Part shown: one piece after another, positions 30,323 through 41,663 of the stretch | How positions within the stretch are numbered: position 1 is the first letter of the stretch | Layout: every line of letters starts with the position of its first letter | Origin: Nitrospinaceae bacterium | GTDB taxonomy: Bacteria > Nitrospinota > Nitrospinia > Nitrospinales > Nitrospinaceae | Length of the DNA stretch: 64,000 bases | Assembly: GCA_965223665.1 (NCBI GenBank) | Contig: OZ245011.1 | Span: 3,424,001 to 3,488,000 of the forward strand | Direction: 5' to 3' | Made by a program: the position numbers and the translations under genes | The notes under the pieces: generated by a model | What the model was told of the DNA's origin: nothing | Databases searched by the model: none | What the model saw: only the letters and a program-made list of their open reading frames with translations

Positions 30323-31735
30323 TTATTTAGAATTGACTTCAGCTTGATCTTGATCCGAATGTATAACCCGATTCCTACCGGATCTTTTCGCTACATATAA
30401 TCGATTATCAGCCATTTTGATCACAGAGTCCACATCTTGATTTATTTCTGAGTAATGGCTAATCCCTATACTTATGGTAACAGGAATTTTATTATCTAAA
30501 TAGGTGAAATGGTGGGTTTCGACGCTGGAACGAAGGCGTTCCGCAATTTCTTTGGCTCCAGATATGGCAGTTTCGGTTAAAAGAAGGACAAATTCTTCGC
30601 CGCCCCACCGACAAAGAAAGTCTTGTTGTCGAATAGAATTTTCCATTAATCGGCTCAAATCCACTAAAACTACGTCTCCTGCATCATGACCAAAAGTGTC
30701 ATTTATAGATTTGAAATGGTCCACATCCAATATTAAGACAGAAAATGGTCTTTTATACCGTTTAAACTGATTCAATTGTTCATCCATTTTTTCCTTACAC
30801 CCGCGACGATTGAGTAGGCCGGTTAGCGGGTCAGTTCGGACGGTTTCTTCTAACTGCTTCTTGACTCCCAGCAATTCTCTTAATGCAATGGATTTATTTT
30901 CATGAGCATTTTTTAAATCTGTAATATTTTCTACGGTAACAAATGTTATTTTACCTGATTCGTCTAACAGAAACCGAGATCTTAGCTGGGTCCACAGAAT
31001 TTCTTGGTCGGGTCTTTTAAGCCGGCATTCAATAACGATTTCTTGATCATTCTGTTTAGGTTTTTCCCAAAGATTTCGAACTTTTTCTTGATCTTCCGGG
31101 TGAATAAAATCCCACCAGGGTTTCCCTAGAATATTACAGAGCGGTTCTCCAATGAAATTTTGGAAAGTACTATTTACGTAAAGTAAAAGGTTGTCAGAAT
31201 CTACATGAAATATTCCTACCGGAGAGGATTGAATAATTTCTCGAAACCGCTTTTCTCGATTGAATAATCTATTTTCTAACGATTTTTTTGAAGTAAAATC
31301 AAGGGCAATTCCATCATAACGAATTACCTTTCCTTCACTATCCAGTGCGGGTTGTTCAAGAACCTCCAACCAAATGAGTTGGCCGCTTTTGCTTTTAATT
31401 TCTAAATTGTAGGTTACAAGTTTGTCTTTAAAGTAGGTCTCATTGCGTGTCAGCCAAACATCTTCATTTACTAAATCTTCACTTAGATAATTTTCCCAAT
31501 CATTTTTAAATTCTTCGGGAGAATACTGTAATAATTCTTCAATTTGTTCACTTACAAATGTGAATTCCCCGTACCGGTTTCTTGAAAAAAAGAAAAATTT
31601 AAACAACCCCTGGAAAAGATGTAATGTATTTGAAAAATTTTGGGGAAGATTGGTTACCGCAGAAGGAACGATTTGAGGTTTGTGCTTAGAAGAATCCTCA
31701 GATGCTGGAATTTTTGGGTTGAGAGCTTCACTCAC
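30323..31735 (-). CDS. PAS-PAS-GGDEF diguanylate cyclase
   Basis: Two PAS/PAC repeats; DPLTGLLNRR, DVDHFKSIND, RQQD I-site and GGEEF. Confidence 0.94.
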   Translation of the reverse strand: MSEALNPKIPASEDSSKHKPQIVPSAVTNLPQNFSNTLHLFQGLFKFFFFSRNRYGEFTFVSEQIEELLQYSPEEFKNDWENYLSEDLVNEDVWLTRNETYFKDKLVTYNLEIKSKSGQLIWLEVLEQPALDSEGKVIRYDGIALDFTSKKSLENRLFNREKRFREIIQSSPVGIFHVDSDNLLLYVNSTFQNFIGEPLCNILGKPWWDFIHPEDQEKVRNLWEKPKQNDQEIVIECRLKRPDQEILWTQLRSRFLLDESGKITFVTVENITDLKNAHENKSIALRELLGVKKQLEETVRTDPLTGLLNRRGCKEKMDEQLNQFKRYKRPFSVLILDVDHFKSINDTFGHDAGDVVLVDLSRLMENSIRQQDFLCRWGGEEFVLLLTETAISGAKEIAERLRSSVETHHFTYLDNKIPVTISIGISHYSEINQDVDSVIKMADNRLYVAKRSGRNRVIHSDQDQAEVNSK

Positions 31736-32397
31736 GGCTTTGATCCGAAACCAGTGTTAATTTATAGTACCCAGGAGAAGGAAGGAAAACTCAGCAAGGT
31801 TCCTTTGGTTTAAACTTTAAAATTAAAATTATCAATAAGTTGCGATTAAATCGTCAGGCCCTTTGTTTAAAAGGGTTTTGATGACCCAAGCGGCTGAATT
31901 TCAAGAGAGGAATTATAGGCCATTTATTATAATTATCCAAATTTTTGTTAGGATCTTGCAATGGTTTAGGGTGTTTTAGCCAAAGAAATCTAATTATCTA
32001 TTTTTTAATAATCTATCATCTATTAAAACAAATAATCAACGAAGAATACCTAAAAAATATTGATTTTGTTGTTATTACTTGAGCCAACTTTTCTTTAATT
32101 TAAGTGGATTTCAATAAATGAATAATATTTATTTTTTGGAGTCGTTTGGAGATCCACTTTCTAATACGAAAACGGTTTTATTTTTTGAAGCCTTGGTAAA
32201 GAGTAAATACTCAAATTAATAAAATAAAAGGTTAAATTTTAAAGCTGCTCAATCTAAGGGGTTTATTCTAAACGGGTTCTGTGGTACCCTCTTGCCTCAT
32301 TTTTCCGGTTTGATTTTGTTTTGACTTGTCAATGGTTTTGGTTATTATTCGTTGGCAAATCCATAAAAATTATATCCAATACTAAGGAATAAAAAAA

Positions 32398-33957
32398 ATG
32401 AAAGTAGGGATTCCAAAAGAAGTCCATGCTGGCGAAAGAAGGGTGGCAGTTACCCCTGAAGTTGCCAGCCAACTCATAAAATTAGGTTTTGAAGTCTCAA
32501 TAGAGTCAGGGGCGGGTTTAGAGGCAAAGTTTTCTGACTCCGCTTATACCGAGGCAGGGGTTTCCGTGGTAGAGGGCGCTAAATCTATCTGGGATAATAG
32601 CGACATTATTTTAAAAGTGCGGCCTCCGGAATTTCATCCCACTCTTAATACTGAGGAAGTCGATTTACTGAGAGAGGGACAAATTTTTATTACATTTCTT
32701 TGGCCTGCCCAAAACCCTGAATTATTGAAAAAGTTAGCTGAAAAAAAAGTCACTGCCTTAGCAATGGATAGTGTGCCCAGGATTTCCCGTGCACAAAAAT
32801 TAGATGCGCTCAGTTCAATGGCAAACATTGCAGGGTATCGGGCAGTTGTTGAAGCGGCCCAGCATTTTGGTCGTTTTTTTACTGGACAAATCACTGCGGC
32901 AGGAAAAATTCCTCCGGCTAAAGTTATGATTATAGGGGCCGGGGTTGCTGGATTGGCTGCTATTGGTGCAGCTAAAAGTATGGGAGCGATTGTAAGGGCA
33001 TTTGATACAAGACCTGAAGTTAAAGAGCAGGTTGAAAGTATGGATGCAGAATTTCTGGAACTTGATTTTGAAGAAGAAGGTTCCGGAACCGGGGGTTACG
33101 CCAAGGTAATGAGTAAGGAATTCATTGAAGCTGAAATGAAGCTTTTTGCAGAGCAAGCAGAAGAAGTAGACATTATTATTACCACAGCATTAATTCCCGG
33201 TAAACCGGCACCCAAGTTAATCACTGCAGATATGGTTGCTTCAATGAAAGATGGAAGTGTGATAGTTGACCTTGCTGCAGAGCAGGGGGGAAATTGCGAA
33301 TTAACTGAAGCTGAAAAAATTGTCAACGTTCACGGAGTTTCTATTATTGGCTATACTGATTTGCCAAGTCGTTTAGCAACTCAATCAAGCCAACTTTATG
33401 GCACTAATTTACGACATCTTTTAACTGACATGTGTCCGGAGAAAGATGGCAAGGTTGTAGTCGATATGGAAGACGAAGTGGTTCGTGGCGCTACTGTTGT
33501 TAAAGATGGCGAAATCACTTGGCCTCCTCCAGCACCCAAATTGTCGGCGGCGCCAGCTAAACCTGCCGAGACTCCTAAACCTGTAGAAACTCCTGAGCCA
33601 GTTGATGAAAAGCCTTCTGTCTTGGGGCCCGCTCTTACATTTGGAGTTGGAGCAATTGCGTTGTTAGGGTTGGGAGCAGTAGCTCCGGCATCTTTTATGA
33701 CTCATTTTACAGTGTTTGTTTTAGCTTGTTTTGTAGGCTATATGGTTATTTGGAATGTAACAGCAGCATTACATACTCCATTGATGAGTGTGACGAATGC
33801 AATTAGTAGCATTATTATTATCGGTGCATTACTTCAAATAAGTTCGCCGGAAGGTTTAATCATGTGGCTGGCGGGGCTGGCTATATTAATCACAGCAATT
33901 AATATTACAGGCGGGTTCGCGGTAACGCGGCGTATGCTTGAAATGTTTCGCAAGTAG
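32398..33957 (+). CDS. pntA: NAD(P) transhydrogenase subunit alpha
   Basis: [28 protein letters not shown] and [13 protein letters not shown]. Confidence 0.97.
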   Translation: MKVGIPKEVHAGERRVAVTPEVASQLIKLGFEVSIESGAGLEAKFSDSAYTEAGVSVVEGAKSIWDNSDIILKVRPPEFHPTLNTEEVDLLREGQIFITFLWPAQNPELLKKLAEKKVTALAMDSVPRISRAQKLDALSSMANIAGYRAVVEAAQHFGRFFTGQITAAGKIPPAKVMIIGAGVAGLAAIGAAKSMGAIVRAFDTRPEVKEQVESMDAEFLELDFEEEGSGTGGYAKVMSKEFIEAEMKLFAEQAEEVDIIITTALIPGKPAPKLITADMVASMKDGSVIVDLAAEQGGNCELTEAEKIVNVHGVSIIGYTDLPSRLATQSSQLYGTNLRHLLTDMCPEKDGKVVVDMEDEVVRGATVVKDGEITWPPPAPKLSAAPAKPAETPKPVETPEPVDEKPSVLGPALTFGVGAIALLGLGAVAPASFMTHFTVFVLACFVGYMVIWNVTAALHTPLMSVTNAISSIIIIGALLQISSPEGLIMWLAGLAILITAINITGGFAVTRRMLEMFRK

Positions 33958-33968
33958 GAGGCGATTAG

Positions 33969-35360
33969 ATGAATCAAGGAATCGTAACCGTCTCTTATAT
34001 AGGGGCGACTATTTTATTTATTTTGGCATTAGGTGGCCTGAGCAATCAAGAAACGGCTCGTCGCGGAAACTTATATGGCATTATTGGTATGGCCATTGCG
34101 CTGATTGTTACAATTGCAGGGGTCACAGCTAATTTTGGAATTCTTATTGTTGGATTATTAGCTGGAGCTAGCATTGGGTTAGTTTTAGCCAAACGTGTTC
34201 AAATGACAGAAATGCCCGAGCTGGTTGCAATTTTGCACAGTCTGGTCGGCATGGCTGCCGTTCTGGTAGGGTACGCCAACTTTATGGATCATTCATCCCC
34301 ACTGGTAGGCGTAGAAAAAACAATTCATGATATTGAAACTTACCTCGGAATTCTTATTGGGGCCATCACTTTTTCAGGTTCCGTTATTGCCTTTGGGAAA
34401 CTCAGTGGAAAAATAGGGGGTAACCCAGTATTGTTGCCTGCCAGACATTGGCTCAACCTGGGATTGCTAATTATAACTATTTACTATTGTAAAGTGTTTG
34501 TTGACCAATCTGCGGTTGGGGGTGGTCTCATGCCCCTCGGCATTATGACTGTAATTGCTTTGGCATTTGGGATACATATGGTAATGGCCATTGGTGGGGC
34601 TGATATGCCGGTTGTTGTTTCCATGTTGAATAGTTATTCAGGTTGGGCGGCTTCAGCGACCGGGTTTATGCTTAACAATGATTTGTTGATTGTTACAGGA
34701 GCTTTGGTGGGAAGTAGTGGTGCCATTTTGAGTTACATCATGTGCCGAGCCATGAATCGTAAATTCTTATCAGTAATTGCGGGTGGTTTTGGCACTACCA
34801 CGGGAAGTTCCTCTTCGGCTGCTGCAGGAGAACAAGGGGAAGTTGTGGCCTTGGAAGCTCCAGAAGTGGCAGATTTGCTGTTAGAAGCCAAAGAAGTGAT
34901 GATTATTCCCGGTTATGGGATGGCAGTAGCTCAAGCTCAACATATTGTTTGTGAAATAACAAAGGCGCTGAGAAGTAAAAAAGTAAATGTGCGATTTGGA
35001 ATTCATCCTGTTGCGGGGCGTATGCCCGGTCACATGAACGTTCTCCTGGCGGAAGCTAAGGTTCCCTATGACATTGTTTATGAAATGGATGAAATCAATG
35101 ATGATTTTCCTGATATCGATGTTTCCATAGTCATTGGTGCAAATGATATTGTTAATCCTTCAGCACAAGATGAGCCAGATAGTCCCATTGCTGGAATGCC
35201 AGTGCTTGAAGTCTGGAAAGGTAAAACCACAATTGTCTTGAAAAGAGGTATGGCAACGGGTTATGCGGGTGTGCAGAACCCATTATTTTTTAAAGAAAAT
35301 ACTCGCATGTTATTTGGGGACGCCAGAGCCAGTCTGGATGCCGTTTTCAAGGAGCTTTAA
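33969..35360 (+). CDS. pntB: NAD(P) transhydrogenase subunit beta
   Basis: [29 protein letters not shown] and [12 protein letters not shown]. Confidence 0.97.
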   Translation: MNQGIVTVSYIGATILFILALGGLSNQETARRGNLYGIIGMAIALIVTIAGVTANFGILIVGLLAGASIGLVLAKRVQMTEMPELVAILHSLVGMAAVLVGYANFMDHSSPLVGVEKTIHDIETYLGILIGAITFSGSVIAFGKLSGKIGGNPVLLPARHWLNLGLLIITIYYCKVFVDQSAVGGGLMPLGIMTVIALAFGIHMVMAIGGADMPVVVSMLNSYSGWAASATGFMLNNDLLIVTGALVGSSGAILSYIMCRAMNRKFLSVIAGGFGTTTGSSSSAAAGEQGEVVALEAPEVADLLLEAKEVMIIPGYGMAVAQAQHIVCEITKALRSKKVNVRFGIHPVAGRMPGHMNVLLAEAKVPYDIVYEMDEINDDFPDIDVSIVIGANDIVNPSAQDEPDSPIAGMPVLEVWKGKTTIVLKRGMATGYAGVQNPLFFKENTRMLFGDARASLDAVFKEL

Positions 35361-35550
35361 ACAGAAAGTGTTAACAATCGGGAAAATGTCATGGATGACA
35401 TAATTCTGATTATTTGTAATTGAAATAATTTTACCTGGCAGTTCAAAAAAACCTAAATACCTTTTTCTTACCAGTTTGTAATTAGGGATTTCTACTCCCT
35501 CAATTCTTCTTACCAAGAACAAAGCTCCAAATGTAGTATCATGTCCTAAT

Positions 35551-35859
35551 ATGGTTCAAAAGAATAATATATTTCTAGGTATCTTCTTGCTTGGGCTTAC
35601 CGGTGTAATGATCGGTTGGGTGGTTGAAAGCCCATTCCTATCGGTGGTGGCGGGGGCCTTAGGGACAGGGATTGGTGGACTGCTGGGCTGGCTGGGGGGG
35701 AAAAGGTATTTGATCACGATTTGTTTAGGTGTAGTGATTGGAACGGCACTTGGATACCAAACCGGGGATCAAGATATATTAATTATGGCGGCAGGATCGG
35801 GTGGTGCTATAGCTGGATTTCTAGCCAATTTTATTGAATTGTTTGTCTCCAAAAAATGA
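35551..35859 (+). CDS. Small glycine-rich membrane protein
   Basis: Hydrophobic GxxxG-rich helices; ATGA overlap with the next gene. Confidence 0.75.
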   Translation: MVQKNNIFLGIFLLGLTGVMIGWVVESPFLSVVAGALGTGIGGLLGWLGGKRYLITICLGVVIGTALGYQTGDQDILIMAAGSGGAIAGFLANFIELFVSKK

Positions 35860-36575
35860 AAATTAATTTTTATAAAACATTAACATGGGTTGCTATTATT
35901 ATCCTCCACACTTTGGTTTTATCTTCGACTGCTATATCCCAAACTAAGGATATGGTTAAAATTCCTGCTGGAGAATTTTTAATGGGATCACAAGAGTCTG
36001 AAGATGAATTCCCACACCCTGTTTTCGTTTCCGAGTTTTGGATTGATATTTACGAGGTCACTCAAAAACAATTTCAACAAGTGATGGGGGATAATCCTTC
36101 AGACTTTTATGCAGAGGCTTCCCCGGTAGATCAGGTAACCTGGTTTGAAGCGAAGGAGTATTGCCAGAAAATAAATAAACGACTTCCCACCGAAGCTGAA
36201 TGGGAAAAAGCGGCAAGAGCGGGTTCGACGACACGCTATTATTGGGGAGATAAAATTTTAAATGATTTTGCATGGTATTGGGGTAACTCAGAGAAAAGAA
36301 CACATCCTGTCGGACAAAAAAAACCTAATGCTTTCGGTTTGTATGACATGCTTGGAAATGTGTGGGAGTGGACAGGTGATTATTATATAGATAATTATTA
36401 CCCAGTAAGTCCTAAAAAGGATCCGAAGGGCCCTTTTACCAGTAAATATCGAAGTATTAGAGGGGGATCCTGGCGTGACCTGGAAGGTTTCCTCCGTACT
36501 ACCCGACGAAATTATGAACTCCCTTCGGCACGACTTAACCACATTGGGTTTCGTTGCGTCAAATCAAGTTTATGA
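35856..36575 (+). CDS. Exported FGE-sulfatase domain protein
   Basis: Signal peptide; RLPTEAEWEKAARAG, DMLGNVWEW, RGGSW and GFRCV. Confidence 0.92.
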   Translation: MKINFYKTLTWVAIIILHTLVLSSTAISQTKDMVKIPAGEFLMGSQESEDEFPHPVFVSEFWIDIYEVTQKQFQQVMGDNPSDFYAEASPVDQVTWFEAKEYCQKINKRLPTEAEWEKAARAGSTTRYYWGDKILNDFAWYWGNSEKRTHPVGQKKPNAFGLYDMLGNVWEWTGDYYIDNYYPVSPKKDPKGPFTSKYRSIRGGSWRDLEGFLRTTRRNYELPSARLNHIGFRCVKSSL

Positions 36576-36589
36576 TGATTTGGACGCCG

Positions 36590-37579
36590 TTAAAATAAAC
36601 CTTGTTGCGGATAAAGGTGGCCTACGAAATCGCCATATCCATTAAGATATTGGGTGAAGCGTTTATTTTCTGTACCTATCAACTTCTCCAGGGTTTGGGG
36701 CCAACGGGGATGTGGAATTTTAGGATTAACATTAGCCGTAAAATCATATTCATGTGGGATCAGGGTATTCCAAAAAGTTTCAGGCTTATAATCTACCAAC
36801 TCAATTTTTTGAATTCCTTTTATACTTTTAAAACCATATTTCCACGGCACTATTAATCGGATAGGGGCACCGTGCTGTTTGGGAAGTGGGTGACCATAAA
36901 TACCGGTGGCTAATAAAGTTAATTCGTTTGCTGCTTCTTTTATCATCAAGGCTTCTGTATAAGGCCAAGGTTGCCAAAATGCTAACTGGGCTTGAGCGGT
37001 GAAGGGTTCATGAAATGAAGTAAATTTTACATATGTAGCTTTTGATAAAGGTTCAACTGTATCCAATAAAGCTTTTAAAGGGAACCCAGTCCAGGGAACT
37101 GCCATTGCCCAGGCTTCAACACAACGTAATCGGTAAAATCTTTCTTCGAGAGTAAACAACTTTAGGAAATCATCAATGTCAAAAGTTCTGGGTTTGTTGA
37201 CTAATCCAGTGACTTCCACTTTCCAGGGTCGTGTGCTCAATGCTTGAGCATGGTGGTGTACATCCTCTTTAGTTTCACTAAACTCATAATAGTTATTGTA
37301 ATTGGCAGCAATGGTTTCTCGAGTTAACTCTCGATCCATTTTGTATTTGGTGCTGCGTTTAGCTGGATACAATTTCTTTTCTAAAGGAGTAAGGTTTATT
37401 TCAGGATGTTGGTTAATAACGGCTTCAGAACCAGGTGTACATCCATATAGTAAGTTAGCGGATAGAATGCTCACCCAACCGGAGGTTTTTAAAAACTCAC
37501 GCCGATTTAAAAAAATGGATTCCGGGGTGATTTCGTTTTCGGGAATTTCCCAATCATTTGGGATGTGTATATGACTCAT
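36590..37579 (-). CDS. msrP: Protein-methionine-sulfoxide reductase catalytic subunit (molybdoenzyme)
   Basis: Tat motif RREFLK; NNYYEF, RLRCVEAW and GAPIRLIVPWKYGFKSIK. Confidence 0.95.
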   Translation of the reverse strand: MSHIHIPNDWEIPENEITPESIFLNRREFLKTSGWVSILSANLLYGCTPGSEAVINQHPEINLTPLEKKLYPAKRSTKYKMDRELTRETIAANYNNYYEFSETKEDVHHHAQALSTRPWKVEVTGLVNKPRTFDIDDFLKLFTLEERFYRLRCVEAWAMAVPWTGFPLKALLDTVEPLSKATYVKFTSFHEPFTAQAQLAFWQPWPYTEALMIKEAANELTLLATGIYGHPLPKQHGAPIRLIVPWKYGFKSIKGIQKIELVDYKPETFWNTLIPHEYDFTANVNPKIPHPRWPQTLEKLIGTENKRFTQYLNGYGDFVGHLYPQQGLF

Positions 37580-37612
37580 ATTAATTCTTAAAGGGTTTTT
37601 CGATTTTGGGAA

Positions 37613-37939
37613 TTACTTTTCCGGTACCCAATTATTAATGCTTTGTAAGTAAGAATCCAAACCATCCACGATCGGCAAGGCGATTACCTCAGGAACATCA
37701 TAACTATGATTTTTCTCGACCCAAAGTTTTAAGTCATCAAATCGATTTGCCCGAGTTTTAACAATTAATAAAAATTCATTATCCACGCATAACTTGCCTT
37801 CCCAAAAATAAGTTGATTGGATTCCTGGTATGGAGTTCACACAAAAAGCCAATTTCGACTCCACCAAACCACGGCTGAGCTTGTTAACTTCTTCTTGCGA
37901 ATCGGTTGTTATTAAAACAACAATATGATCTGCCTTCAT
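37613..37939 (-). CDS. cutA: Divalent-cation tolerance protein CutA
   Basis: LAFCVN, SxYFWEG and HSYDVPE. Confidence 0.95.
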   Translation of the reverse strand: MKADHIVVLITTDSQEEVNKLSRGLVESKLAFCVNSIPGIQSTYFWEGKLCVDNEFLLIVKTRANRFDDLKLWVEKNHSYDVPEVIALPIVDGLDSYLQSINNWVPEK

Positions 37940-37951
37940 AATGACCTTTTA

Positions 37952-38533
37952 TTAAAGAATATATTTTAACAATATAAAACCAAATACTAATAGAACAAAA
38001 AATACAATACTAAGAAGGTTAAAATATTTGTCGATATAATTTTTTATAGTAGGACCAAATTTGTATAACAAAATTGCAATTATAAAAAATCGTAATGAAC
38101 GGCTGACTGCAGAAGCTAATACAAAAATTGGAAAGTTTATTTTAAATGCTCCTGCGGCTAATGTGAATACTTTATAGGGTAGTGGTGTGAACCCAGCAGC
38201 AGCTACCGCCCAGGCGTTATATTCATCATACCAACTCCCTATCTTGTCGAACTTTTCTTGGAAGTGATAAAACTCGACTATTTTATTTCCTATAAGGTCC
38301 ATAAATTGCCAACCCAGTAAATACCCGAACATACCACCCAACACGGAAGCAATGGAGCATATGAATGCAAACTTAAACCATCGGGTTGGAACAGCTATTG
38401 TCATAGCAATTAAAAGTACATCGGGTGGGATAGGAAAAAATGAGGACTCTGCAAAAGAAATAAGTGCTAAAGCAGGAAGTGCATGAGGAGTTGAGGACCA
38501 GTGAATGACCCAGTCATAAGTTTTTCTTAGCAT
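37952..38533 (-). CDS. YqaA/DedA family membrane protein
   Basis: SFAESSFFPIPPD and FTPLPYKVFT. Confidence 0.93.
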   Translation of the reverse strand: MLRKTYDWVIHWSSTPHALPALALISFAESSFFPIPPDVLLIAMTIAVPTRWFKFAFICSIASVLGGMFGYLLGWQFMDLIGNKIVEFYHFQEKFDKIGSWYDEYNAWAVAAAGFTPLPYKVFTLAAGAFKINFPIFVLASAVSRSLRFFIIAILLYKFGPTIKNYIDKYFNLLSIVFFVLLVFGFILLKYIL

Positions 38534-38688
38534 AAATTCCTTTCGCTCAACAATGTCTCAAAATGACCAGCCTTGGTAGAAAAAAATCCGAAGGTAGGGT
38601 TTAATAATGAGGAGCCATTCAGACAAGTAATATAATTGAAAACCCAGATTAGGCAGCCAGAAAAAAAATACTTGGCATTTCTATTAGT

Positions 38689-41154
38689 TTACAGCAAATT
38701 TTGTGGATCGACATCAAGAGTAATCTTTATTTTTTTTGAAGACCTTTTTTTCTTTGAAAATGATTCTTGAAAATTTTTTAAAAAATTTTGGAGTACGCAT
38801 GAGTCGGGCGAACGCAAAATGAGATGCCATCTAAACTTATTATTTAATCTATATAGAGCTGCTCGCGAAGGGCCTAATAACTCCACCTCTGGAAATTTAG
38901 ACAAGTTTTCTACAGCAACGTTCTTTAAAGATGTTACAGTGGCTTCACCGGTGGCTTCGTCTTCACTTTCCACCTCGATTCCAGTTAAATGTGTGAATGG
39001 AGGAAATTGCAGACGTTCGCGCATTTGGATTTCTTTTTTAAAAAAGGTTGTGTAGTCGTGATCTTTAACCCAATCCAATACCGGATGGCTTGGATCATGT
39101 GCCTGAATGATGACATGACCAGGAACTTTCCCGCGGCCGGCCCGTCCTCCTACTTGTGTCAAAAGTTGAAAGGACCTCTCGGAGGAACGAAAATCAGGAA
39201 TATGTAATGAAATATCTGCATAGACCACTCCGACCAAAGTCACATTTGGAAAGTCATGTCCCTTGGTGATCATTTGTGTACCAATTAAAATATCAATTTT
39301 TCCAGAATTCATTTCTCGATACATTTTATTAAAAGAATGTCTTTGGCGGACAGTATCTCTATCCAATCGTGCTACCTTTGCATTCGGAAAACTAAGAAGT
39401 GTCTCTTCTTCTAATTTCTGGGTTCCAAAACCGCTAAACCGAATAACTTCTCCTTCACAAGATTTGCAGCCTCTTGGCATTATTGTGGAATAGTTGCAAT
39501 AATGGCATAAGAGTAAATTTGTATTGCCATGAAACGTTAAGGAGACGCTGCAATTTGGACAGTCATAAACATAACCACATTTGCGGCAAAGTAGATAATT
39601 TGCAGTCCCTCGTCTGTTTAGAAATAAAAATATTTGCTCATTGCGTTCCAAACGTTCACGAATGGCCTTTCTTAGAGAAAGGGACAAAATTGAAAAATTT
39701 TTGGCTTCTTTCCGTTCTTTTCTCATGTCAACTACTTGGACGGTTGGAAGCAATCTGTCACCCACTCTTTTGGTTAATGAAAAATAAAGATAATCTTTGG
39801 TATCTGCATAAAATCTGGATTCCAAAGAAGGGGTCGCAGACCCTAAAATAACTAATGCATTGTGATGCTTTGCCCTTAAAATAGCAGCTTCTCGTGCATG
39901 GTAACGCGGGGAAGTGTCCTGCTTATAGGAGTTGTCATGTTCTTCATCGATTACGATAACTCCGATATTTTCAAAAGGGGCAAAAATGGCGGATCGTGCA
40001 CCTACAACAATAGATACTTTCTTTTTTCTAATTTTTTCCCACTCTAAATAACGTTCCACTTGGGTCAGGCCACTATGAAGAATAGCTACTTGATACCCAA
40101 ATCGTTTTTGAAAACGGGCGACCGTTTGTGGAGTTAAAGAAATTTCAGGAACCAGCATTATTGCAGTTTTTCCCATTTTTAAAGCAAGCTGAATGCAACG
40201 CAGGTAAATTTCGGTTTTACCACTACCAGTAATTCCATGGAGAAGGGCGGTTTTGTGTTTCTGTCGCTGGATAATTTTCTCTAATTGTAGATAAACTTCT
40301 TCTTGTTCTTGAGTAAATGGAGGAGGGGTTTCAGGATAATTTTTTTCCTGGGTACTCTGAGTTTTCATTTTCCGTGACTTTTTTTTTGAAACGGTTTTGA
40401 CCAGTTTCTTATCCCTCAACTGTTTTAGGGGGCCTGCATATTTTGGAAATCGTCCTTTTAATTCCTCAAGTGATTTTTCACCTTCCAATAAGAATAAAAA
40501 AATTTCCTTTTGTTTGGGACTGCGTTTGAAAAGTTCTTCAATTTTTTCCGGTGAAAGAGTTTCGGTTATTGGCTGAATAATTTTTTCTTGAAGATACTGA
40601 ATAGAGTGTCGCTTGGTTTCTGCTCTTCCAGTAATGAGCCCAGCCTCTTGAGCTTCTGCCAGAGTATGTGCTTTGAATGCCGTTTTGAGATGACTTTTTA
40701 ATTGTCTACGATTCAAAGGTTTGCTGCTATGAAGTGTTTTTAAAAGTTTTAAGACATTGCCGGATACTTGTTGATTTAACAGAGAGGTGGAACCCTTACC
40801 GGTGATTTCAAAAACTTCGTGCACTTCATCATCCATACCCGAAGGAAGAGCCGCACGGATGGCTTCTCCCCAGCCGGCTTGGTAGTAATTTGCCAAATGT
40901 TGGGTAAGATCTAATATTTCTTGAGGGAGTACGGGTTTTAGATCTGGCAAATCAGAAATAGACTTTATGTTGTATTTGGGGTTATAAGAATTTGTGAATC
41001 CAATTACATATCCGGTCAATTGTCTAGGACCAAAAGGCGCAAGAACTCTCATACCAACCGAAAGTTTTCCTGCAAATGATTCAGGGATTTCGTAAGTGAA
41101 AGGTTCCTTTAGGGGAAGATTGAAAACTATTTGTGCATATGAAGGATTGGGCAT
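38689..41154 (-). CDS. priA: Primosomal protein N'
   Basis: GITGSGKTEIY, VPEISLTPQ, DEEHD, four CxxC and QVGGRAGR. Confidence 0.97.
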   Translation of the reverse strand: MPNPSYAQIVFNLPLKEPFTYEIPESFAGKLSVGMRVLAPFGPRQLTGYVIGFTNSYNPKYNIKSISDLPDLKPVLPQEILDLTQHLANYYQAGWGEAIRAALPSGMDDEVHEVFEITGKGSTSLLNQQVSGNVLKLLKTLHSSKPLNRRQLKSHLKTAFKAHTLAEAQEAGLITGRAETKRHSIQYLQEKIIQPITETLSPEKIEELFKRSPKQKEIFLFLLEGEKSLEELKGRFPKYAGPLKQLRDKKLVKTVSKKKSRKMKTQSTQEKNYPETPPPFTQEQEEVYLQLEKIIQRQKHKTALLHGITGSGKTEIYLRCIQLALKMGKTAIMLVPEISLTPQTVARFQKRFGYQVAILHSGLTQVERYLEWEKIRKKKVSIVVGARSAIFAPFENIGVIVIDEEHDNSYKQDTSPRYHAREAAILRAKHHNALVILGSATPSLESRFYADTKDYLYFSLTKRVGDRLLPTVQVVDMRKERKEAKNFSILSLSLRKAIRERLERNEQIFLFLNRRGTANYLLCRKCGYVYDCPNCSVSLTFHGNTNLLLCHYCNYSTIMPRGCKSCEGEVIRFSGFGTQKLEEETLLSFPNAKVARLDRDTVRQRHSFNKMYREMNSGKIDILIGTQMITKGHDFPNVTLVGVVYADISLHIPDFRSSERSFQLLTQVGGRAGRGKVPGHVIIQAHDPSHPVLDWVKDHDYTTFFKKEIQMRERLQFPPFTHLTGIEVESEDEATGEATVTSLKNVAVENLSKFPEVELLGPSRAALYRLNNKFRWHLILRSPDSCVLQNFLKNFQESFSKKKRSSKKIKITLDVDPQNLL

Positions 41155-41385
41155 AGAAGCTATTTAATATACCAATTAATTATAATGAAGCAAAATACGT
41201 GAAAAAAAATTATAACTCAATAATTCATGAATTAATGAAATTAAACTTTGGCCAGAGCGAAATTAAATTGGCTTCAAAAATAATAAATCGGAATTCAACC
41301 TGATTGTTTATTGGTAGTGCTGTTTGTTTTTTAAGGTGAAGTGAAGATGGTTTTATTTCAATTCAGATTTGAGTATAAGAAACCG

Positions 41386-41414
41386 TTGACACAGAAACAA
41401 TTTTCATTTAATTT
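41386..41414 (+). promoter_or_regulatory. Putative sigma70 promoter of the 59-aa basic protein gene
   Basis: TTGACA-17 nt-TAATTT, about 60 nt before the ATG at 41476. Confidence 0.5.
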
Positions 41415-41475
41415 CTCCAGTCGGATCCAAAAAAAGATTCAGCCTTAAAAAGAACAATATAAGAAGAGGTGGAGT

Positions 41476-41655
41476 ATGAAAGCAGGAGATAAGATTACTA
41501 TCAATTTTGCCGGTAAGAAGAAAGAAGCAATGGTTTATAAGTTGTTCCCCAAGACTGTGTATTTAAAGGTAGACTTTGAACGGGATAAGGGAAAAATTGT
41601 GAAACGAAAACTGAGTGCATTGGAAACCGGTAAGAAAAAGAAAGCTAAAAAGTAA
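41476..41655 (+). CDS. Small highly basic protein (59 aa), absent from the ORF track
   Basis: GAGGTGGAG SD, then MKAGDKITINFAGKKKEAMVYKLFPKTVYLKVDFERDKGKIVKRKLSALETGKKKKAKK*. Confidence 0.8.
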   Translation: MKAGDKITINFAGKKKEAMVYKLFPKTVYLKVDFERDKGKIVKRKLSALETGKKKKAKK

Positions 41656-41663
41656 TTAGATAT

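Noticed and set aside
31736-32397. c-di-GMP riboswitch upstream of the diguanylate cyclase gene (also checked 3914-4109)
   Set aside because: No GEMM-I or class II consensus elements found on either strand.
35310-35522. 70-aa minus-strand ORF after pntB, and similar short ORFs nested in larger genes
   Set aside because: TTG/GTG starts without SD, overlap with well-supported genes, no motifs; treated as spurious.
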